Origin: Malacoraja senta
Taxonomy: Eukaryota
Assembly: GCA_038087875.1 (NCBI GenBank)
Contig: CM075988.1
Coordinates: 14,138,001 to 14,202,000 of the forward strand
DNA length: 64,000 nucleotides
Reading direction: 5' to 3'
Position numbers and translations under genes: made by a program. Within the stretch, counting starts at the first letter, position 1. Every line of letters starts with the position of its first letter. The notes under the pieces were generated by a model. That model ran no database searches, was not told the origin of the DNA, and saw only the letters and a list, made by a program, of their open reading frames with translations. Below are positions 60,557-64,000 of the stretch, one piece after another.

Positions 60557-62322
60557 TAACTATTCGTTACCCCATATCTGATTGAGTTGAGAGGTGGGAC
60601 AACGTAAAAATAATTGGAGACTGAATATATTAAAAAAAAGATGCTGGAAATCTGAAATAAAACAGAAAAATCTCAAAACACTTAGCCAGTTAAGCACCAT
60701 CTGTGCAAACAGAAACGTTGTTAAGGTTTCAGGTCAGAGATCCTTTGCGCGATATACAAAAGAAAGATAAAAAGAAAGAGAATTTTTCCGTTGCACAGGG
60801 GTGGCAGGAGGAATAGAATAGGAAAATAAAATATTTGCGATAGGGTGACACCAGGTCAAGTGGGTTAATGAAGTGGTATGATGATATTATACTTCTTTGT
60901 CTTTATTATGTGTTGCTAACAGCACTGGTGCGGAATAAGCCCAGTAAGTCAGATTGTAATAATAAAGGGAAAACTGAGCAAAAATTGCAGGTGGATAACT
61001 TAATGCCGAAATGACCATTTATCTCCTTTTGTCCCATCCATCCCTCTTGCCACCATCCTTGCAACTTAAATTTATATTTTTTAACTCTGACTCCTCATTT
61101 TGATGAAGGGTCTCCTACCTGAAATGTTAACTTTCCATCCCAACTGTTTCAAAGATCTCTTGTTTTATAGTGAAAGTAATTAGATTTTGAAAAAAAAAAT
61201 CCAATTCACATTCATGTATTTGTTATTCTTTTTTTACTGTTGGACTCAATGGAAACTAAATGTAGTAAATAATTTTGAACCCATTAAATGCTGTATTTTA
61301 CTGATATCAAATCATAATGATCCCAATCCTTCAGTCAGAAAACAATACTAACGTTTCTACTCTTTCCATTCACAACTGGTAGATCCATGTTTTTGACTTT
61401 ACCTGTCCTATCATCAAAAGGTACATGGATAGAGCAGGTTTAGAGGGATACGGACCCAACGCAGGCAGTTGGCACTAGTGTAGATGGGATACCCTGGTCG
61501 GCATGGGGAAGTTGGGCTGAAGGGCCTGTTTCCATGCTGTATGACTCACTAACACTTTTCTTAATTAATTGCTCTTCCTGCCTTCCTGTCACAAAACCTT
61601 TCCCTTTAACGTTTGTCTTTCCCATCTATGGACTTGAATGAAACCTGTTACAGCTCTAATATTTACAAGTTTCCATGTAAGGTTATCAACTTTAATCGTA
61701 AATTCCATTCTGCCTGATCTGCTCAGTATTTTCAACATTCTCTGTTTTAATTTCATATTGTTCCAGCTAATTATATTGCATCAATTGGATCACCACTGTA
61801 AAATTGCACTCAACACTTTGCGCAATTTACCTTGTTAATTTTTCATCTTTTAATATGTGGAAAACTGAAGCCCTTTTGTTTTGTTTTCACTAATTGTCAC
61901 TTAATGTGTCCATAATTCAGGGCCTAGGGATTATACTTTATCTTGATAAATGATAAACAGGCAATTTTCTGTGAATGATTCACTTAAAGCATGTTTCATA
62001 GTAGTTTCTGTTCTTGAATGTACAAAAATAAAATTCATGCCTACAGACTAGAAAGTTTACTTCATAATGAATCTCTGGCAAAATTAATCACAACCACAAA
62101 GGGTGGCATAATTTTAGCATGCTTCTGATTTACTACTAGACATCCATTACAACATTTAATGATTAATGGTGTGATGTGATATTCAATAGTGCTTTGCCTT
62201 AGGAGGGACAATAAATATTTCCCCCCTAATTAAAGGACCTAAAACAAAATGATAAGTTTACCTCAAATTGTATTTATTTGGGCCTCCTAAATAATATCCC
62301 AAAACATGAATTTTTCCAATAG

Positions 62323-62630
62323 GGCAGCATGGTGGAGCAGCGGTAGAGTTGCTGCTTTACAGAGCCAGAGACCCGGGTTCGATCCTGACTACGGGTGCTG
62401 TCTGTACGGAGTTTATACATTCTACCTGTGACCTGCGTGGGTTTTCTCCGGGATCTCCGGTTACCTCCCACATTCCAAAGACATATAGGTTCGTACGTTA
62501 ATTGGCTTGGTATAATTGTAAATTGTCGCTCGTGTGTATGATAGCGTTAGTGTGCAAGATTAGCTGGTTGGCGTGGACTCAGTGGGCCGAAGGACGTGTT
62601 TCCATTCTGTATCTCTAAACTAAATCAAAC
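62323..62630 (+). mobile_element. Full-length HE1 V-SINE with recognisable Pol III A and B boxes
   Basis: ggtggagcagcggtagag, gggttcgatcct, V-domain, gggccgaagg..ctgtatctctaaactaaa. Confidence 0.9.
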
Positions 62631-64000
62631 ACAACACGTTGCCAAGAGAAAATACCCAAATCTTGGATAAAGGAGTATTTTTGAGTGGTCTTAAAGGAAG
62701 AAAGAGAGGGAAATAAGAGACTTCTACTGAGACAATAAGAATAGCAGGCACACTTGAGAAGTGTGGGTATGAATTTGAAGAGGACAGCTTACGTGGAGAG
62801 ATTAAGTAAGATAGGAGAGCGAGCATGATGAAGAAGCTGAACTCACTGAGGATGAGTTTGCTCAATACAGAGGGTCTGGGATGAGAGCAGTGAAGACATC
62901 TTGTGATGAAATATGTAATTTTTGGAATGCAATTCTGCTGGATGATCATTAATTATCGGAAAAGCTAGCACTTTTCAATCTTTAATAAAAAGATGAATTT
63001 TGCCGCTTGTTCATACAAATTATCTCCTTAGTTCCAAAAATGATATACAACACAAAGGCACAGACAGACTGATGATGATTGCTAATGGGCTTTAGTGCTG
63101 CTCCACAAGAGGGATTTCAGAGAGCCCGTTCTTCTTAGAGTGTCTAATTTAAGAACTGCTTTCGGTGATTAGGATGACTATGAAGTTAAGATAGATGATA
63201 TGTGCATCTCAATTCTTAAGTAATTCCAACTGCCATTTTAATGTAGCATTGTCAGGTAAATGATCATTTTGACTGGATTGAATTTCAAGCAGTTCTGAAT
63301 GAAATTTGGTGTGCATATTGTCTTGACTGGCTGCACTGTCCTGACACTTTTCTAGCTGCATCTCTACATGCACACCTGTGGCCTTTTGTAATAGTTGTGC
63401 AGAGTTATAAAGTCACAGAGTAATAAGCGAGTTCGGTATTCCGATAAAAGCAAGGAATCATGGGATTTGTCAAAGGTCATTCGGGGGGAAAAAAAGCGAA
63501 CGCAGCACTGTATACACTGTATAAATTGTTAAATATTCTACCAATGAATTAGTCTAGAATTCTGTCAACTCAATAGCTCCTTTCTTGTTCTGCTGTTCAC
63601 ACACAACGTACCCAGTCCCAGTTCTACTTCAGTTCATTAATCTGCAATTATGAGATATTTAAAATGTTAAATAATTTGTTATTTTCATTTAATCCTTAAT
63701 GCGTTTGCTACTGGAATAAGAAAATATTACTTATGTTTGAAACATTTTCTTATCTTTATTCATAATTTATGTGTAAAAATATATTTCATCTTATATTTAA
63801 GGCAGCGACTGTATCAGTGTGATGTGGGGCTGAAGCTTTCCCTACGGGCGGTGTGAATATACCGTTAAGGCAGGGGCCAGCCTGTAACCATCCGGCCCGC
63901 AGGCATATTTTTTTAGTAGCTAGAATGTTGTTCTTGCCTTCAGTGGGACCTTGCCCAGAGTTGTTCCAGTGCTTGGGCAAGGGAGCTCTCCGGGACGGTT

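Noticed and set aside
62323..62395. tRNA genes at SINE heads (also 22185 and 29937)
   Set aside because: The A and B boxes run straight into the V-domain and CR1-like tail; these are SINE heads, not tRNAs.
63945..63990. Hairpin ccttgcccagag..cttgggcaagg as a pre-miRNA
   Set aside because: The stem is only ~11 bp, lies at the window edge and resembles no miRNA I know.
30839..64000. Preceding IGSF9B exon (expected APPTF..GNPKP..KYQ-like)
   Set aside because: Not found by eye, so probably beyond the window; a TBLASTN with an orthologue would confirm or reveal a missed exon.

Overview
Eukaryotic, repeat-dense vertebrate DNA, inferred to be from a cartilaginous fish (skate/ray-like) because of HE1 V-SINEs, CR1, Rex/Babar, RTE and very abundant Penelope-like fragments. 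The window lies inside one minus-strand gene that I recognise as IGSF9B (Turtle homolog B). Only two coding exons are visible (30838-30721 and 2071-1930), joined by a 28.6 kb phase-1 intron, and I found no upstream exon in the remaining 33 kb. Neither exon appears in its true frame in the ORF track; the other ORFs are transposon remnants or noise. Main observations: (1) three 22-25 bp palindromic CAAAGA...TCTTTG inserts, each with an 8-bp target-site duplication (TSD), two with empty paralogous sites in this window; (2) many short, often inverted, Penelope pseudo-LTR units that carry a minimal hammerhead-like core and have their own 9-16 bp TSDs; (3) MITEs and non-autonomous retroposons that share cores but have different termini; (4) AG|GT recursive-splice-like junctions in the host gene. 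Repeat boundaries are read by eye and approximate unless a TSD is quoted; family names come from remembered motifs, not database searches.
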